The notes: generated from the letters alone by a model not told the origin. A stretch of 64,000 nucleotides of DNA from Phormidesmis sp. (GCA_965248535.1 CBDFJR010000005.1:1344001-1408000); one strand, 5' to 3'. Positions 11,506-22,684 are shown, numbered from the stretch's first letter. Numbers and translations: made by a program.

Positions 11506-11555
11506 TCCTTCTCTAAGCGCCCAGATCGATTGGCTCTAGCATCTTTAGATAAAAC

Positions 11556-11583
11556 TGCCCGCGACCATAAACGGCTGCGGGCA
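11556..11583. terminator. GC-rich hairpin downstream of protease gene
   Basis: TGCCCGCGACC-ATAAAC-GGCTGCGGGCA. Confidence 0.45.
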
Positions 11584-11864
11584 TAGGGACAGTTAAACGC
11601 TTGTTGCCATTATGCTGAAGTCTATCAACACTTGGGAACCCAGTTGGGACGGTTGGCAGACTGTCCATTGAGTACGACAAAAGATATTTTTCAGATACAG
11701 ATTAAAAAAATTGGGTGAGCGATTCTCCCTCAGCTTATTATTGGCATGAGCCTGGGCTAGCTTAATCCTTTTTAGGCCATTTGGAGTGATTAGTATGACA
11801 GGGTGCTACAGCTTAGGTGGCGTAGAATCTGATCGACTCACCCAGAACGAGGAGCCAAAAAACG

Positions 11865-12662
11865 ATGTTGAGCAAACGGTTCAGGAAACTTTCTGTGCCT
11901 CAGATCAGTGTCCTTACTCTGAGTTTCGTACTACTGTTTACCCCACCTGCACGCACCCAAGTAGCTTCGCCCTCAGCCACCATTTCAGCTTCTGGAGTCA
12001 GCCAAATCAGGCTTCAGCAAGCGAGCCAGACAACTCCACTGGTGGGGCTACTCATCAACATCCAAGAGCGGGGGACTGAATCGAACCGTCAAGGGGCGAT
12101 CGGCACACTGCAAGAGCGAGTCAAGATTATCCGACAGTCCATTGAGCAGGTTGGCATCCCTGCCTCTAGCATTCAAGTCAAAACCTATACGGTTTCTCCT
12201 TCTTTTGAGCAACAGCCAAGGTTTCGCGACGCTTTCTCTGCACCAGCGAATGCATCGCCCGGCTCTGCTTCCGCTCAAAGGCTGCCTATGCAAGCTTCCG
12301 CTCCACCCATACAGCCCTTAGTTTTGAGTCAAAGTTTGGAGGTAAGAACGTCTTCTGAGCGACTTCCTGTAGCTATGGATGCAGCCATTCGTGCTGGTGC
12401 CAATAGCGTCAGCGTCTTTTCTCTCACTTCTCAAGGATTTGCGGTTCAGCCAGACCTCCCCAACGCGACACTTTTTGTAAATGCAGTAAAGGAAGCCACG
12501 CAGCAAGCTCAAGCATCAGCACAAGCAAGCGCTCAAAGCACCGGGGTGAAGCTGGGAGGTCTTCGTAGTATTGCAGTGCAATCTCCCTCCTTTTCCTATG
12601 GCTCATCAGAAGGAGCCGTTTGGCGAGTGCAGGTGAATCTTGTTTACAGTGTTGCGCCTTAG
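11865..12662 (+). CDS. SIMPL (DUF541)-like exported protein
   Basis: Signal-peptide-like N-terminus; MDAAIRAGANSV; AVKEATQQAQASAQ...GVKLGGLRSI. Confidence 0.65.
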   Translation: MLSKRFRKLSVPQISVLTLSFVLLFTPPARTQVASPSATISASGVSQIRLQQASQTTPLVGLLINIQERGTESNRQGAIGTLQERVKIIRQSIEQVGIPASSIQVKTYTVSPSFEQQPRFRDAFSAPANASPGSASAQRLPMQASAPPIQPLVLSQSLEVRTSSERLPVAMDAAIRAGANSVSVFSLTSQGFAVQPDLPNATLFVNAVKEATQQAQASAQASAQSTGVKLGGLRSIAVQSPSFSYGSSEGAVWRVQVNLVYSVAP

Positions 12663-12743
12663 AATCGTCTAAGCAAAAAAGTTTCAACTTCTGAATTTGA
12701 CGGTAGACTATGCCGCTAGGATGCCCTTGTTAAAAGTCCCCCC

Positions 12744-14234
12744 ATGTCCTTTCTTTCTCCGCTTTACGGTTTATTTTTGCTGAGTGTTGTTGGGGTTTAT
12801 TGGTCTGTGCAGCAGTCGTGGTTGCGATCGTGGCTGCTGTTTATTGCCAGTCTGATTTTTTATGCCTCGCTGCAAGCCCAATACATTCCCCTTTTATTGG
12901 CCGCCACCTGGATTAATTTTAAGTTGGGGCAAGCGATCGGGGCCCCTCCTGATTGGCGCATCGAAGACTGGCAGTTTGCCCAACAAGATTGGAACCAGCG
13001 GCGCATTAAGCTGCTCAGTTTTGGGGTGGTGACCAATGTTTTGCTGCTGCTCAGTTTTAAATATCTGCCCTTTATTTTGTCGTCGATCGGGGCGGCTCTA
13101 GGCTGGTCGATTGCTCAACAAAGCGCAGACTGGACGACTCTGCACGTAATTGTTCCGTGGGGGCTGAGTTTTTTCTGCTTTGAGTGCATTGCTTATCTGG
13201 TCGATGTTTATCGGGGCGCACCTGCGGCCCAAGAGTTTCTCAAGTTTGCGTCTTATAAGCTGTTTTTTGCCAAACTGATTTCGGGCCCGATCGTGCGCTA
13301 TCACGCCTTCGCGGGACAACTGCAAGCCCTCAAATTTCCGGCGATCGACCAAATCACCGAAGGGCTATGGCTGATTGCCTGCGGTGCCATCAAAAAAGGA
13401 CTGATTGCCGATCGCTTAGACCTTCTCGTCAAACTCAGTTTTGACAATGCCCAACGCGCTGGCAGCGGCAATTTGTGGCTGGCGATCGTCGCCTATGGGT
13501 TGCAGCTTTATCTTGATTTCAGTGGCTATGTCGATGTGGCGCGGGGCAGTGCTCTCTTACTGGGCATTAATCTGCCTCAAAACTTTGACTTTCCTTATTT
13601 CAGCACCAGCATTGCTGATTTTTGGCGACGCTGGCACATCACCTTGGGCGACTGGCTGCGAAACTATCTTTATTTTCCTCTAGGCGGCTCTCGTCGCGGA
13701 CTGCCTAGAACCTGCATCAATCTGATGATCGTGATGCTGATTGCCGGAGTTTGGCACGGGTCAGCGTGGGGCTTTGTGGTCTGGGGCGGACTGCACGGAG
13801 TCGCTTTAGCGGTGCATCGATTAGTGGATCTGCGATCGCGCCAATCCCCCTACCTCGAACGATTTTGGCAAAGCCTACCCGGAATCGTGACCGCCTGGTT
13901 TGCGACTCAACTGATGGTTTTTAGTGCGTGGATATTTTTCCGTCTGCCCAACTTTAAAGATTCGCTGGTTGTATTGCAGCGATTGGTCGGACAGTCGGCC
14001 GATGCTCAGTTTGCTCAAAAAGTTTATGGAGAAGCGATCGGGCTATCTCCGGTTCAAATTTCTCTCTTGCTCGGCGCGATTTTCTTAGGAATGGGATTTG
14101 CTTATCTGCTCGATCGTGGGCTAAAACTGCAACTCACCTGGCACATCAAGCTATTTTTGATTCCGCTATGTCTTTACGCCGTTTGGGTATTAGCGCCTGA
14201 AGGCGGCTCGAAATATATTTATTTCGATTTTTAG
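12744..14234 (+). CDS. MBOAT family O-acyltransferase (AlgI/DltB-like)
   Basis: LISGPIVR, QLYLDFSGY, NFDFPYFSTSIADFWRRWHITLGDWLRNYLYFPLGGSR, GVWHG. Confidence 0.93.
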   Translation: MSFLSPLYGLFLLSVVGVYWSVQQSWLRSWLLFIASLIFYASLQAQYIPLLLAATWINFKLGQAIGAPPDWRIEDWQFAQQDWNQRRIKLLSFGVVTNVLLLLSFKYLPFILSSIGAALGWSIAQQSADWTTLHVIVPWGLSFFCFECIAYLVDVYRGAPAAQEFLKFASYKLFFAKLISGPIVRYHAFAGQLQALKFPAIDQITEGLWLIACGAIKKGLIADRLDLLVKLSFDNAQRAGSGNLWLAIVAYGLQLYLDFSGYVDVARGSALLLGINLPQNFDFPYFSTSIADFWRRWHITLGDWLRNYLYFPLGGSRRGLPRTCINLMIVMLIAGVWHGSAWGFVVWGGLHGVALAVHRLVDLRSRQSPYLERFWQSLPGIVTAWFATQLMVFSAWIFFRLPNFKDSLVVLQRLVGQSADAQFAQKVYGEAIGLSPVQISLLLGAIFLGMGFAYLLDRGLKLQLTWHIKLFLIPLCLYAVWVLAPEGGSKYIYFDF

Positions 14235-14313
14235 GTGTTTTTTGTGTTGCGTTGTTCGGATGTTTCCTAAATGTCTTGCATGATAGAACTAGGAGTTTCT
14301 CAACCGAAAATCG

Positions 14314-14712
14314 ATGAATCAGGAAGTGAACGAATCGATCGCGCTTCAATCGTTGCCCTCAGACCCCGAAATCACCCGCACCCGCTATTGGGGCACCGTC
14401 ACTCTGCTCGAAGAAGGCAAACGCTATCGCATCAACCGCATTGAGCTAAAGCCCGGACATCACATCAGCACTCAGATGCACTATCACCGCAGTGAGCACT
14501 GGGTGGTGGTTTCAGGAACGGCAAAAGTGTTATGTGGCGGTGAAGAAAAAACCCTGGTGCAAAAGCAGTCTACCTATGTGCCCGCCTGCACGCCCCATCG
14601 GGTTGAAAATCCGGGGGTGATTTCTCTGGTGATGATCGAAATCCAAAACGGGGAATATCTCGGAGAAGACGATATCACTCGTTTTGAGACTGACCCACAG
14701 CTAGATGATTAG
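14314..14712 (+). CDS. Cupin protein, phosphomannose isomerase type II C-terminal domain
   Basis: [39 protein letters not shown]. Confidence 0.9.
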   Translation: MNQEVNESIALQSLPSDPEITRTRYWGTVTLLEEGKRYRINRIELKPGHHISTQMHYHRSEHWVVVSGTAKVLCGGEEKTLVQKQSTYVPACTPHRVENPGVISLVMIEIQNGEYLGEDDITRFETDPQLDD

Positions 14713-14750
14713 TCTTCAACTTCAAAAGCCTTACTCTAACGACTCGCCCC

Positions 14751-15800
14751 ATGAACTTCCCCGTCTTGTCACCTTTGCCAATGCCGTCTTTTTTTAACCC
14801 CGATCGGGTCGGCAGTGTTTGGCGTGTTCCTTATCAACAGCGAGCCATCGAAGCCGAAGCTTGGGCCACTCAGCAGGGCATTCGTCCCGCGTCTGACGAT
14901 CAGGTGCGCGTTTGTCTTTTAGCGATCGATGTGCAAAACACGTTTTGCATTCCAGAGTTTGAGCTATTTGTGGGCGGACGATCGGGCACGGGGGCGATCA
15001 ACGACAATCAGCGACTCTGTGAGTTCATCTACCGCAACTTGGGGCTGATCACCGAGATTGCACCCACAATGGACACCCACACAGCCATGCAGATCTTTCA
15101 TCCCATTTTTTGGGTGAATGACGCGGGTGAACATCCCATTCCGACGGCCACCATGATTCGGCTAGAAGATGTCCAAAATGGACTGTGGAGGGTGAATCCA
15201 GCCGTGGCCTATAGCCTAGCGAATGGAGATTATGAGACGCTGCAATCCCATGCGCTGCACTACACTCAAAAATTGACTGAGAATGGTAAATATCCGCTCA
15301 CGGTTTGGGCCTATCACTCGATGCTGGGGGGCATCGGTCATGCCCTAGTTTCTGCTGTTGAAGAGGCGATGTTTTTTCACTGCATTGCCCGTGGCAGTCA
15401 GACCAATTTTCAACTTAAAGGCGACAATCCTTTAACTGAAAACTACTCAGTGTTGCGTCCTGAAGTGATGGATGGGGTGGACGGATCGGCGATCGCTCAA
15501 AAAAACAGTCCATTAATTCAAAAGCTGCTCGATTTTGATGCGGTAATCATTGCAGGTCAGGCAAAAAGTCACTGCGTCGCATGGACGATCGACGACCTGC
15601 TGACGGAAATTTTGGCTGAAGATCCCAGTTTGGCCAAGAAGGTCTATTTGCTAGAAGATTGCACGTCTCCGGTTGTAGTGCCGGGTGTGATCGACTTCAC
15701 AGAACAAGCGGACGCAGCGTTTCAGAGATTTGCTGAGGCTGGGATGAATTTAATGCGATCGACGGATCTGGTGGGCGATCGTCTAGCAAATTTGAGTTAG
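14751..15800 (+). CDS. Isochorismatase/nicotinamidase-like cysteine hydrolase
   Basis: [35 protein letters not shown]. Confidence 0.85.
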   Translation: MNFPVLSPLPMPSFFNPDRVGSVWRVPYQQRAIEAEAWATQQGIRPASDDQVRVCLLAIDVQNTFCIPEFELFVGGRSGTGAINDNQRLCEFIYRNLGLITEIAPTMDTHTAMQIFHPIFWVNDAGEHPIPTATMIRLEDVQNGLWRVNPAVAYSLANGDYETLQSHALHYTQKLTENGKYPLTVWAYHSMLGGIGHALVSAVEEAMFFHCIARGSQTNFQLKGDNPLTENYSVLRPEVMDGVDGSAIAQKNSPLIQKLLDFDAVIIAGQAKSHCVAWTIDDLLTEILAEDPSLAKKVYLLEDCTSPVVVPGVIDFTEQADAAFQRFAEAGMNLMRSTDLVGDRLANLS

Positions 15801-15940
15801 AGAGCCACATCAAAATGAGACCTCAGTTCACGGGTTGAATCCGCCAATTTTTAGAATTGAAGAAAGTAAAGGCTAAGTTAGCGTTAGCCTCTGGCTCCAT
15901 AGAGAATGCTCTTGAACGCGTGATCCACTACGGGAATAAT

Positions 15941-16609
15941 ATGTCCGTTGAACCACAAGATGAATACGCTCAGGCATTGGATAACTTGGCATTAGCTTTG
16001 CGAAGCTCATACGATCAGATGAAGACAATGTGCGCTGCTGAGGCTGATTTTAGCTATTCTCAAGCGATCGCCAATCGGCTACGTGCCTTTTATATCGCGC
16101 AATGGGAAACAAAGAACTTTCTTGGTAAAAAAGTTGCACAAGCAGGCTCAGACTTTTTTGTAGAAACAATTCTGTTTTTTCTTAAATTGTTCAATGACGT
16201 AAACGGGCTAGGTCTTGAAATTACGTCAGAGCTTGCTATCCAGCGTAAGCGCAGTGCAATTCGTCCTGATATTAGCATTTGGTGTGGTTCTGAACTACTA
16301 GCTGTTGTTGAGTGTAAAACGCAACTTGGCTGGAGTCGCCACAATTGGAAGTCTGATTTTGAAAATCGGGAGCAGAAGCTAAAAGAGGTGTTTCCGAATG
16401 CAAAGATGTTTCTCGTTGTGATGAGCAGTCGCAATTGGCCAGGTTTCGGTGACGATTTGAAGGTTGGTGAGCAGCTATTTTGTTTGTTGAATGTCTGGCC
16501 AACAGAGCTATCTATTCCTCCTGCACAGGATGCGTTGCATACTCCCATTGAAGACCTCTTTGAGCAGTTTGCAGAGTTGAAATTTAGTACCTCTGGCGTT
16601 ACGGTCTAA
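15941..16609 (+). CDS. Putative PD-(D/E)XK nuclease
   Basis: IRPDISIW...LAVVECKTQLGW motif; more AT-rich than flanks; ATG 15941 preferred to TTG 15857. Confidence 0.6.
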   Translation: MSVEPQDEYAQALDNLALALRSSYDQMKTMCAAEADFSYSQAIANRLRAFYIAQWETKNFLGKKVAQAGSDFFVETILFFLKLFNDVNGLGLEITSELAIQRKRSAIRPDISIWCGSELLAVVECKTQLGWSRHNWKSDFENREQKLKEVFPNAKMFLVVMSSRNWPGFGDDLKVGEQLFCLLNVWPTELSIPPAQDALHTPIEDLFEQFAELKFSTSGVTV

Positions 16610-16766
16610 CAATTTGCAAAATAACTAAAGCGGTTGATACTATGTTTGCGGCGATCTGCTGATTCACTTCAAGTGGTAGGTCGTTCTTTCAAGGCTGTCT
16701 GTAAATCTTCAAGGTTGTGCAGTGAACTAGAGAACTCAATACTGTGTATGGTGCTATAGTGGTGTC

Positions 16767-17204
16767 ATGTTTAGCCCACGATCGCTTCGAGTTGTAGTTG
16801 ATACCAACGTTGTGTTTGAGGGTCTAACTAAACAAGGCGGAGCTTCAGGTCTTATTATTGATGCTTGGTTGTCTAGGCTGATAGTCGTTTGCGTCTCTAC
16901 TGCACTTGCCTACGAATATGACGATGTGCTGTCTCGGAAGCTTTCAAAATCGCGTTGGATTACAGTGCAGCCTATATTAGGAAAACTACTCAGTATCGCT
17001 CAATACACAAATATTTATTTCTCGTGGCGACCGACTTCCCCTGATGCTGGTGACGATTTAGTCATTGATTGCGCTATGAATGCAGGTGCTATCGTTGTCA
17101 CGTCTAATATCCGTGATTTTCAGGGTGCGAGAGAGTCTCTGGAGATGCAGATAATGACACCCGTGCAGTTTGTGAACTTATTAGCATCAGGAGAAAAGCA
17201 ATGA
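16767..17204 (+). CDS. PIN-domain toxin (type II TA)
   Basis: RVVVDTNVV, YEYDDVLSR, PDAGDDLVIDCAMNAGAIVVTSNIRDF. Confidence 0.9.
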   Translation: MFSPRSLRVVVDTNVVFEGLTKQGGASGLIIDAWLSRLIVVCVSTALAYEYDDVLSRKLSKSRWITVQPILGKLLSIAQYTNIYFSWRPTSPDAGDDLVIDCAMNAGAIVVTSNIRDFQGARESLEMQIMTPVQFVNLLASGEKQ

Positions 17205-17530
17205 GCCGATTGACATTACGATTACCCGAAACGTTGCATCAACAACTTGCTCATTTGGCTGAAACTGAAGGCGTATCACTGAATCAGTATATTGTTTATG
17301 CTTTGACTCGTCAGACTACCTTAGCGAATACCGTTCAGGTTATCCCTGAGGCAGAAGTTGAACAGCAGCAGCAGGCGTTCGAGTCATTGATAAAGCAGCT
17401 AGGACACGCTTCGTTTTCTGAAATCGAGTCAGTTTTAGCGACACGCGAACAAGGTGAAGCAGAAGCAGAACTGAGTTTAGAGGTGGTTGCTCGTCTCCAA
17501 GAACGAATCCAAAGGCGGGCAGGAGTATAG
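17201..17530 (+). CDS. HicB-like/RHH antitoxin
   Basis: MSRLTLRLPETLHQQLAHLAETEGVSLNQYIVYAL; ATGA overlap with the PIN gene. Confidence 0.85.
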   Translation: MSRLTLRLPETLHQQLAHLAETEGVSLNQYIVYALTRQTTLANTVQVIPEAEVEQQQQAFESLIKQLGHASFSEIESVLATREQGEAEAELSLEVVARLQERIQRRAGV

Positions 17531-17695
17531 ATTGAAGTTAGCGTCAGCCGATTCCCTAGCTTGCAGCCGTTAGAATCTGTTCAGCCGTGATTTGAAGTTC
17601 TGGAAAGATAACAGAGAGAATGCGCGCTGCTTCGCAGATACCGCAAGGGTCGCTTCCTCTAAATCGGCTCACCTGATACTTGCCTTCTCTGTTTT

Positions 17696-18526
17696 CTAGC
17701 GCTGACAATTAGGACAGAAATGGGACGATCGCCCCGCTAATTTTAATCGCTGAATAATCGTTTCACAGGTTCGGCAGGCTTCTCCGTCGCGGGCATAAAC
17801 CCAGGCAATGTTGCCATAGTTGCCATTCACCCCCGACACGTCTCGAAAGTCGCTAAAGGTGGTGCCTCTGGCGTTGATGCTGTCTTGCAACACGCGGACG
17901 ATGTTCGATCGCAGCCGCTTAATCTTCGCCAAACTCAAATCTCCGCACAGCGTCTCAGGACGAATTCCACTCAGAAAAAGGGCTTCATCTGCGTAAATAT
18001 TGCCGACTCCGGCTACTAATGCTTGATCTAACAAAGCAGTTTTGATCGGACGGCGACGATCTTTAAACTGTTGAGCCAGATAATGATCTGAAAAATCTGC
18101 CGAAAAGGGTTCCGGCCCAAGTTTTTGCAGCCCGGTGATGATGGTTTTGGGGTCACGATCGCCCGGCACCCACCACATTTGCCCAAAGGTGCGCTGATCG
18201 ACAAACCGCAACTCGCGATCGTCGCCAAAAAACAAGCGAACTCGCGTATGTTTATGCAGAGGTTCGGCTTTGTCAACCCACAGGAGTTGTCCCGTCATTC
18301 TTAGATGAACGCCTAGCCAACCGTCACTTAATTCTGCCAGCAGATATTTTCCGTGGCGGTGCCATTGCGCGATCGAGGTTTTTTGCAGCCCCGTTAAGAA
18401 AGCGATCGCCGAAGTCGGGTAGGCAACGGTGCGATCGAGCAACACATCGCCGCCCTGAATGGGCTGATTTAACGTAACTTGGTTGAGACCTAACCGAACG
18501 GTTTCAACTTCAGGAAGTTCTGGCAC
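17696..18526 (-). CDS. mutM: Formamidopyrimidine-DNA glycosylase
   Basis: MPELPEVETV, HLRMTG, GVGNIYADE and C-terminal zinc finger. Confidence 0.98.
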   Translation of the reverse strand: MPELPEVETVRLGLNQVTLNQPIQGGDVLLDRTVAYPTSAIAFLTGLQKTSIAQWHRHGKYLLAELSDGWLGVHLRMTGQLLWVDKAEPLHKHTRVRLFFGDDRELRFVDQRTFGQMWWVPGDRDPKTIITGLQKLGPEPFSADFSDHYLAQQFKDRRRPIKTALLDQALVAGVGNIYADEALFLSGIRPETLCGDLSLAKIKRLRSNIVRVLQDSINARGTTFSDFRDVSGVNGNYGNIAWVYARDGEACRTCETIIQRLKLAGRSSHFCPNCQR

Positions 18527-18623
18527 AAAAAAACCCTAGACCTTGAACAATGAATGCAACTCTGCACCCTTGATCTCTAGTCTAAGGTCTAATTATCAGA
18601 TGCTGTTTAGGAATTTGAAGACT

Positions 18624-18983
18624 CTAGCGGGCTTCGGTTCCTTGGTTAGCATCTCCTTCTACCACGGTGCTGCCACCGGGCGTTTCGGCTTTGTTAGTCT
18701 GCTTGCCTGAGACTCCGCTGCCTGTCTTGCGAGAGATCGGGTCGATCGGGGTTTGCTTGCCGCCGGGCATTGTTGCTGAAGGCTTCTTCTTAGGCGCTTC
18801 GACTTCGATCAATTCACTGGCTGCAAAGTTGTTGGTGTTAACCCCGGAATAGGCGACCTTTTCAAATCGGACAATCACAGGATATTTAATGCCACTTTGA
18901 TCAATGGAGGCAACGGTGCCCACATCTTGGAACCAATAGGATTCTTTGCGAAGAACGCGAACTTTAGAACCACGCTGAACCAT
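18624..18983 (-). CDS. psaE: Photosystem I reaction center subunit IV with C-terminal extension
   Basis: [54 protein letters not shown]; start at ATG 18983. Confidence 0.95.
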   Translation of the reverse strand: MVQRGSKVRVLRKESYWFQDVGTVASIDQSGIKYPVIVRFEKVAYSGVNTNNFAASELIEVEAPKKKPSATMPGGKQTPIDPISRKTGSGVSGKQTNKAETPGGSTVVEGDANQGTEAR

Positions 18984-19113
18984 GAGTGTTCTTTTCCTTT
19001 TTCTATTAAACTTGAACTCATACAGCCTAATGACACTCACTCTACTACGGAGTGGAAACGCATCTCTCGAAAGCCAAACGGGTTGAAACAATCTGCAACA
19101 ATTGAGAGAAAAA

Positions 19114-20352
19114 TCAGGCTCCGTAGGTTCTGCCGCGCCACTGAGTTGGCGTTTGAGTAGACGAGAGAAAAATTCGTAAAACGGCGATCGGGTCGGCGAT
19201 CGGAGAGAGCCAAAACATCCAGGCAAGTTTGGCTTGAGAGCGATCGTAGGAAGCGGCGATCGCCCAGTTCAGCGCGATCCGCATCGCCACCAAAAACCCA
19301 TTTAGCCCCAAAGCCGTCAGAGCCGGGAGCGTCGTATTTCCGCCTCCGACTAAACAAGCTGACAGGATCAATATCGGCAGCGGCAACCCCTGAACTGAGA
19401 GCAAAAACCAGAGATCGCCCCAGATCTGACCCGGCGATGCAGCGTCTTTGAGGTCGAGCGATCGTCCCCATTCCTTCCAGGTTTCTGCCATGCCCTCATA
19501 CATCCGCACTTTGAGAATCTTGGCTCCATCCATAAAGCCCACTCTGGCCCCTTGGGCGGCGGCAAATCGGGCCAGCGTGACATCATCACAAAACGATCCA
19601 CGAGCGCTGGTGTAGCCGTTTAGCTGAATGAGCAGCGATCGCCGACAAAAAAAGCACTGACCATTAGCCATCACTCGCTCAGGGGGGCTGTCTTTCTCGC
19701 CAGCGGCTCCAAACCGATAGACCAGCGTCATCAGCAAAGCAGGTTGCAGCCAAAGCTCACCCGGCTGCTTGAGAATAAACTGCGGCGAGAGCGAAATCAG
19801 ATCGTAGTCTTCTGAATAGGCCGTTTCGATCAAGCTGGCGACTAAACCGGGGTGGGGCTGGGTGTCGGCATCAATGCCTAAGATCCACTCGCTGCGATCG
19901 GAGCTAGCCAAAAGTCCTGAATGCAGGGCCCAGGGGCGACCGATCCAGCCCGGCGGCAGTGGGTCATCATTCATTAGCCGAAACCGAGGATCTCGCTCTT
20001 GAGCGGTTTTCACCAGATCGGGGGTACCGTCTTGAGAGTGGCTATCGACCACAATGATTTCTCTAACTTCATAGCTTTGCCGACTCAGCCCCTCTAAGCA
20101 AGGTTTAATGCGAGCGGCTTCATTGAGGGTGGGCACGACCACACTGACCACCCCAAACGAGTCGGGAGCCGCCGATCGCGGTTCGAGAGGCGGATGGCGC
20201 GTCGGGCCCTTGAGCAACCGTGACAGCAAAATTGCCACCGCTGGCACCTGCATCAACACTAGGCCCAAAAAGCCCACATCTTGTCGATAAAACCCATTTT
20301 GAGGGCTGACGAATCCTACGCCGTCGAGTCCTAATTGCAGCAAGCTCGTCAA
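19114..20352 (-). CDS. cruG: Carotenoid (myxoxanthophyll) 2'-O-glycosyltransferase, GT2
   Basis: [36 protein letters not shown]...WRGRTY; directly downstream of cruF. Confidence 0.88.
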   Translation of the reverse strand: MTSLLQLGLDGVGFVSPQNGFYRQDVGFLGLVLMQVPAVAILLSRLLKGPTRHPPLEPRSAAPDSFGVVSVVVPTLNEAARIKPCLEGLSRQSYEVREIIVVDSHSQDGTPDLVKTAQERDPRFRLMNDDPLPPGWIGRPWALHSGLLASSDRSEWILGIDADTQPHPGLVASLIETAYSEDYDLISLSPQFILKQPGELWLQPALLMTLVYRFGAAGEKDSPPERVMANGQCFFCRRSLLIQLNGYTSARGSFCDDVTLARFAAAQGARVGFMDGAKILKVRMYEGMAETWKEWGRSLDLKDAASPGQIWGDLWFLLSVQGLPLPILILSACLVGGGNTTLPALTALGLNGFLVAMRIALNWAIAASYDRSQAKLAWMFWLSPIADPIAVLRIFLSSTQTPTQWRGRTYGA

Positions 20353-20384
20353 TCTTTTGACCTAGGGTGATGGATGACTGTGAT

Positions 20385-21317
20385 CTACTGTTCAGAAACG
20401 CCAACTGAGACCACCGGAGGCTCTTCTAAATCTCTGGCTTGCAGAGCGGTTTCTAGCTGGGCGACTGTGGCGTTGGGTTTAGCGATCCACCAGAGCACGA
20501 TCGCCGGAACGACTCCTAGAAATGCACTCAGGGCGGTGGGAATCCAAAATCGAGCATCTAGTTGGGCGACGGTGATCACCGCTCCAAATGCAAAGTTAAT
20601 CAGATAAACCGCTAGAGGAACTGTGAGTTGAGCACGGCTGAGGTTAAGCGGCGTTCTTCCCCAAAACAGGGAGGCAACGGTCATAAAGACGACTCCAGTG
20701 CCAAACCAGCCTGACAGGTTGCGGTAAGGCATCCCAAAAAAGGCTCCTAGCTGCTTAAACTCCCAGAAGGGGTAAGTGGTTTGACTCATCGCCGGGTCAA
20801 GCACAAAATCCCAGGCGGTGAGCATGAGAGAGCCAACGGCGATCGCGCCCACCAGCCGCGCCCAAACCGGGAGCCTGACGCTTTCTAACCCGGCTCTGGC
20901 CAGCACATAGCAAGCCATTCCTAAATAAAACCACGAGAGCGGAATGGTGAAGGGCACCAGCCCCGCGATTTTATAGCCCAAGCCACTCAGATAACCATAT
21001 TCACCAAAGGGAAAGCCCGTGCTTGTGCCTAAAAGCTCACTGCCGAGGGAAAGCACGATCGCCGGGATCATAAACGTCAGCCAGCGCTGCAAGCCGAGCA
21101 CCCGGTAGGCATAGGCCGCGATCGTAATCGCCCCCAGCAGAATATAAACCACCCCGCCACCTGACATGCTTAACCCGAAGGCTGACTGACCAAACGCTGG
21201 CAGTGCCAAAATAAAATCAGGGTTGGGCAACACCAACAACAACCCTGCTAGCCCAAATGCCAATGCGACTGTGTGACCAGTCAGGCAAAAGCGCTCAATC
21301 GCCATCAGTTGCTTCAT
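20385..21317 (-). CDS. cruF: Gamma-carotene 1'-hydroxylase
   Basis: ELLGTSTGFPFGEYGYLSGLGYKIAGLVPFTIPLSWFY, LTAWDFVLDPAM, GMPYRNLSGW. Confidence 0.9.
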   Translation of the reverse strand: MKQLMAIERFCLTGHTVALAFGLAGLLLVLPNPDFILALPAFGQSAFGLSMSGGGVVYILLGAITIAAYAYRVLGLQRWLTFMIPAIVLSLGSELLGTSTGFPFGEYGYLSGLGYKIAGLVPFTIPLSWFYLGMACYVLARAGLESVRLPVWARLVGAIAVGSLMLTAWDFVLDPAMSQTTYPFWEFKQLGAFFGMPYRNLSGWFGTGVVFMTVASLFWGRTPLNLSRAQLTVPLAVYLINFAFGAVITVAQLDARFWIPTALSAFLGVVPAIVLWWIAKPNATVAQLETALQARDLEEPPVVSVGVSEQ

Positions 21318-21667
21318 ACAGACTCCTCAGAAAATGGGGCATTTAAAATGCCTGCTATAAGTTTACAAATCTTTAATCAAAAACTCGCATTTGGTTCCTG
21401 CTTTTCTCACATTTTTGGGGAAGAAGTCAAATGGCAGCGATCGTTGACAGAGGTCAGCCTCTTGCGTGCTTAACAAAGCAGATCACCAGAAAAGGGGTCA
21501 GGCTGTTAATCCTAACGAACAATCTTCTGCTTGATCCGATTTCTCACGAGGGGTAGGGTTGGGAGGCGATCGCAGAGTCTGTCGCTCGATCGAGATTGCT
21601 GCTAAGATCCGCTAGATATTCCTCACGGTTGGGAATCGAACTCCTCACTCTGAAGCTCGTTAGCTGC

Positions 21668-22678
21668 ATGACTCAACTGAACAGTGCGTTCACCCTCTTT
21701 TTAAGCTTGCTGGTGGAGGCAATTCCCTTCTTATTATTGGGGGTTTTGTTCTCTGGTCTGCTGCAATTTTTTGTAGATGAGCGGCGGCTGCTGACGATTT
21801 TGCCCAAAAATCCTCTGCTGGGGGCGTTTGCCGGAAGCTGCATCGGCTTTTTGTTTCCGGTGTGCGAGTGTGGAAATGTGCCCGTGGCGCGACGGCTGTT
21901 GATGCAGGGTGCCCCGGTTTCGGTGGCGATCGGGTTTCTGCTGGCCGCGCCGACCATTAACCCGATCGTGTTTTGGGCGACTTGGACGGCCTTTCGAGAT
22001 CAGCCAGAAATTGTGTTTTTGCGCGTGGGCTTTTCGCTGGCAATCGCGACCATTGTGGGCTTCATTTTTAGCGCTCAGGCTGATTTGCGTCCTTTTCTTC
22101 AGTCTGGGGTGGCCTCGGCGATCACGCTGCGCCAGCGCCAGCCCTCTGACCTAAACCCGTCTCCGCTGCTGCAATCGGGCACCTATTTTTTAGGGCAATC
22201 AGCTAAACCTCTGATCACCGACCCGTCTGAACTGCAAGCCGCCATGATGGCAACGGTGTCTAAGCCGATCGGCTTTCGTCTCAGACTGCTGTTAGAAAAC
22301 ACGGTGCAAGAAATGCGCGAGTTGGGCGCTGTGCTAATTTTGGGCAGCGCGATCGCCGCTCTAGTGCAGGTGTTTGTGCCTCGCGATCTGATTCTCAGCC
22401 TGGGTCAAAGTCCGGTCACGTCGATTTTGGCGATGATGCTGTTGGCGGGGGTCGTCTCGATTTGCTCAACGGTGGATTCGTTTTTTGCGCTCTCGTTTGC
22501 CTCGACGTTTACGAGCGGATCTCTGGTCGCATTCTTAGTGTTTGGCCCCATGATTGACCTCAAAGGGGTGGGGCTAATGCTGTCAATCTTCAAGCCCAGA
22601 GCGATTTTTTACCTATTTGCTTTATCAGCTATGCTGACGTTTGCCTTGACGCTGTTTCTGAATTTATACACTAGTTGA
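21668..22678 (+). CDS. DUF318 family permease
   Basis: EAIPFLLLG, FPVCECGNVPVARRL, SICSTVDSF, FLVFGPMIDLK. Confidence 0.88.
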   Translation: MTQLNSAFTLFLSLLVEAIPFLLLGVLFSGLLQFFVDERRLLTILPKNPLLGAFAGSCIGFLFPVCECGNVPVARRLLMQGAPVSVAIGFLLAAPTINPIVFWATWTAFRDQPEIVFLRVGFSLAIATIVGFIFSAQADLRPFLQSGVASAITLRQRQPSDLNPSPLLQSGTYFLGQSAKPLITDPSELQAAMMATVSKPIGFRLRLLLENTVQEMRELGAVLILGSAIAALVQVFVPRDLILSLGQSPVTSILAMMLLAGVVSICSTVDSFFALSFASTFTSGSLVAFLVFGPMIDLKGVGLMLSIFKPRAIFYLFALSAMLTFALTLFLNLYTS

Positions 22679-22684
22679 TTAGCC

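Noticed and set aside
18984..19226. N-terminal extension of PsaE in the 200-aa ORF call
   Set aside because: It overlaps the cruG end; the canonical PsaE start MVQRGSKV at 18983 has a purine-rich RBS.
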